Positions 61,929-64,000 of a stretch of DNA of 64,000 nt are shown here, in pieces. This stretch comes from Selaginella moellendorffii (lineage: Eukaryota; Plantae; Lycopodiophyta): assembly GCF_000143415.4 (NCBI RefSeq), contig NW_003314262.1, forward strand, positions 2,840,603 to 2,904,602. Direction: 5' to 3'. Each line of letters begins with the position of its first letter. Positions within the stretch are counted from its first letter, which is position 1. The position numbers and the translations under genes are program-made. The notes under the pieces were generated by a model. The model saw nothing but the letters and a program-made list of their open reading frames with translations, was not told where the DNA came from and ran no database searches.

Positions 61929-63539
61929 TCATTCATACAGAGATTTGCAGCTCAACCGGGGACTTGCGACAGCTGTTAGCTCTGAAGCCAGCTTGCTTGC
62001 GATTGTACCACCCTTCTCCATCAGGTCGACCGAGTTTTGATCCGGTGGAAGGCTCCAATCAAAGGCATGAATCAGGCTTGCAACTGCAAAGGGGATGAAA
62101 CGAACAGCAACTGGATGCCCCGGGCACATCCTGCGTCCAGCAGAAAATGGGATCATCTCCAGCTGCGCTTCTTGTCCGACCACCTTGATCTCCGTTCCTT
62201 GAAAGCGTTCAGGACGGAAGTCTTCTGGGTCAAGCCAGTGTTTTGGATCTCGTCCAATTGCCCAGATGTTGATGAGCACAGTGGACTCTTTCGGGATCTT
62301 GTAGCCAGCTAGAACAGCTTCCTTGGGATTAAAATGAGGGACTCCAAGTGGGCCTGTTGGATGAAGTCGCAACACCTCTTTCAGGATTGCGTGCATGTAA
62401 GGCAAGCCGGGGACATCTGAAGGCCTTAGGAGGCGCTCGGTCCCGATTGCCTCTTGGATTTCTTCCTGCGCTTTTTGCATGACAGGGGGATTCTGAATCA
62501 CTTCTGCCATCGCCCACTCTACAGCTCCCTTCATGTCGTCAATTCCCGCTACAACCAGGTCCTGAAACAAACATCCGACATAGCCCTGATTAGAAAACTG
62601 TCCATGGAGAACTTTGCGGATACTTACAGTGACGAGGGCCATAATTGATATATCTGAGAGATTATTATCAGCATCGTCTTGCAGAGACAGAAGCACATCC
62701 GTCCAGTCCTTGGGAATGAATTTCTTGCCCGAGGATTCAATGTCGAGTTTGCACTGTTTGTGTTCTTGGATAATACCAGCAAGAAGAGACTCCAACTTTG
62801 GCATCAGATCATCCCTCATTCTCCGGTTCACTCCATGGAGATCAAGACAATCAAGTGGCGGTATGAACTTCCCGACATTGATGCTCAGGGTTTGCTTCTC
62901 AATCAGGCTGATCAAATCCACAACCGGCACATCTCTCTTTCCAAAGAGAACCTGGCAGAACGCACCAGAGACAAACTTACCAATGAAATGTTTGAGATTG
63001 ATGACTTTGGAGGCGGTGGCAAGACGTCCAATATCTTTGACCACGAGCGCCATTTCAGATTCTTGGTAAGCAGCAGCAGCATCCAGCCTGCTGGGATTCA
63101 GCAAGTGTCGAGCCGTGATCATCTTCAGGTTCTTCCAGGACTCTCCATAAGGAGCAAGCACAACATCTTTCCATCCGAAGCTGAAGTATTCTCCGAATTT
63201 TGAAAGTGGCCTGTAAGCAAACTCCACATCATGAGCTCTCAGGACCTCCCTGGCCATCTCAGAGCTGTTCACAACTATGTAAGACACAAGCCCGAGCTTG
63301 ATATGGATTATGGGTCCATAGATCTTTGTGAGGCTTGCAAAGTGACGGTGCAGCGGATTCCTGAGAGAAAGAAGTGATCCTAAAACTGGGAGAGGCATAG
63401 GACCTGGTGGAAGCTGACCATGTTGAGCTTGCACTTTTCTGAGGAATGAGGAGGCGATCATGATTAGAAGCAGAACAACAACAAAAGCCAGGCACATTTT
63501 CGGAATCAAGCTTTGAAGTGAAAAACCTAAATCCATCAT
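61929..63539 (-). CDS. Cytochrome P450, A-type (CYP71 clan); one 66-nt in-frame intron (62627-62562)
   Basis: Membrane anchor, LPPGPMPLPVLG, KEVLRLHP, PERF, PFSAGRRMCPG. Confidence 0.93.
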   Translation of the reverse strand: MMDLGFSLQSLIPKMCLAFVVVLLLIMIASSFLRKVQAQHGQLPPGPMPLPVLGSLLSLRNPLHRHFASLTKIYGPIIHIKLGLVSYIVVNSSEMAREVLRAHDVEFAYRPLSKFGEYFSFGWKDVVLAPYGESWKNLKMITARHLLNPSRLDAAAAYQESEMALVVKDIGRLATASKVINLKHFIGKFVSGAFCQVLFGKRDVPVVDLISLIEKQTLSINVGKFIPPLDCLDLHGVNRRMRDDLMPKLESLLAGIIQEHKQCKLDIESSGKKFIPKDWTDVLLSLQDDADNNLSDISIMALVTVSIRKVLHGQFSNQGYVGCLFQDLVVAGIDDMKGAVEWAMAEVIQNPPVMQKAQEEIQEAIGTERLLRPSDVPGLPYMHAILKEVLRLHPTGPLGVPHFNPKEAVLAGYKIPKESTVLINIWAIGRDPKHWLDPEDFRPERFQGTEIKVVGQEAQLEMIPFSAGRRMCPGHPVAVRFIPFAVASLIHAFDWSLPPDQNSVDLMEKGGTIASKLASELTAVASPRLSCKSLYE

Positions 63540-64000
63540 CTGATTTTAACTTGACAATTAATGAGCCAAGTCAAGTCCAACTATATGTATGGTTGGTACT
63601 GATTGATTCCAATGACTCTTTCATGGGCTGACTTTTGGTTGTTGAGTTAAATAATTGAACTATCTGTGATGGTTGAATTGAAAAATGTTATAACCAAGAA
63701 TAGATCTTTACCTATTCTTTGAGAACATCTGCACTTATTGCCACATGTTTTAACTGCTCGGGCACAACCCCGTGAAGGCCACATACACACCTGTTAACTG
63801 CCAAAATGGGCTTGCACCCAAGTTGCCTATTCTATGTGGTAATGGGCTGGTAGAGGCTTTCTGTATAGGTTGTGGAGGCATTAACAAGGATTGAATTGTT
63901 GGTCATTATTGTATCTAAATTAGTTCTTCTGCATATGCTCTTTAGGTAACTTAACATGGCTGCTACCAAATAAAATATAAGTTACAATACTATCTTTGTG

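Overview
Gene-dense eukaryotic plant DNA with very short (~50-60 nt) GT-AG introns and many PLS-class PPR sequences; the style suggests a lycophyte such as Selaginella (inference, not verified). 1-23.6 kb is ordinary gene space: ML-domain protein, ZNF474/ZC2HC1-like zinc finger, NOT4, two nsLTP-like genes, SHOC1, a frameshifted PPR, UBP, a GT-like protein, UCH and NAA15. 24.2-38.4 kb is a head-to-tail triplication of a ~3.1 kb unit: an orphan helicase-C-like ORF, a secreted Trp/Cys-rich 14-aa-repeat protein and mitochondrial EF-Ts. Only the secreted repeat protein is intact in all three copies, and a fourth diverged copy lies at 47.5 kb. The helicase-like ORF is broken in copies 2 and 3 by two independent insertions, both circularly permuted (a one-LTR TRIM and a 4.2 kb genomic segment), consistent with integration of circular DNA. 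38.5-45.4 kb holds RIBA, DnaJ, GCH1 and a pectin methylesterase lacking its catalytic residues. 45.5-64 kb is accessory: an ~800 bp foldback, PPR pseudogenes plus one intact PPR, LTR debris, a callose synthase fragment, a second TRIM and a P450 with a non-canonical I-helix. Gene models were read by eye and exon boundaries are approximate.
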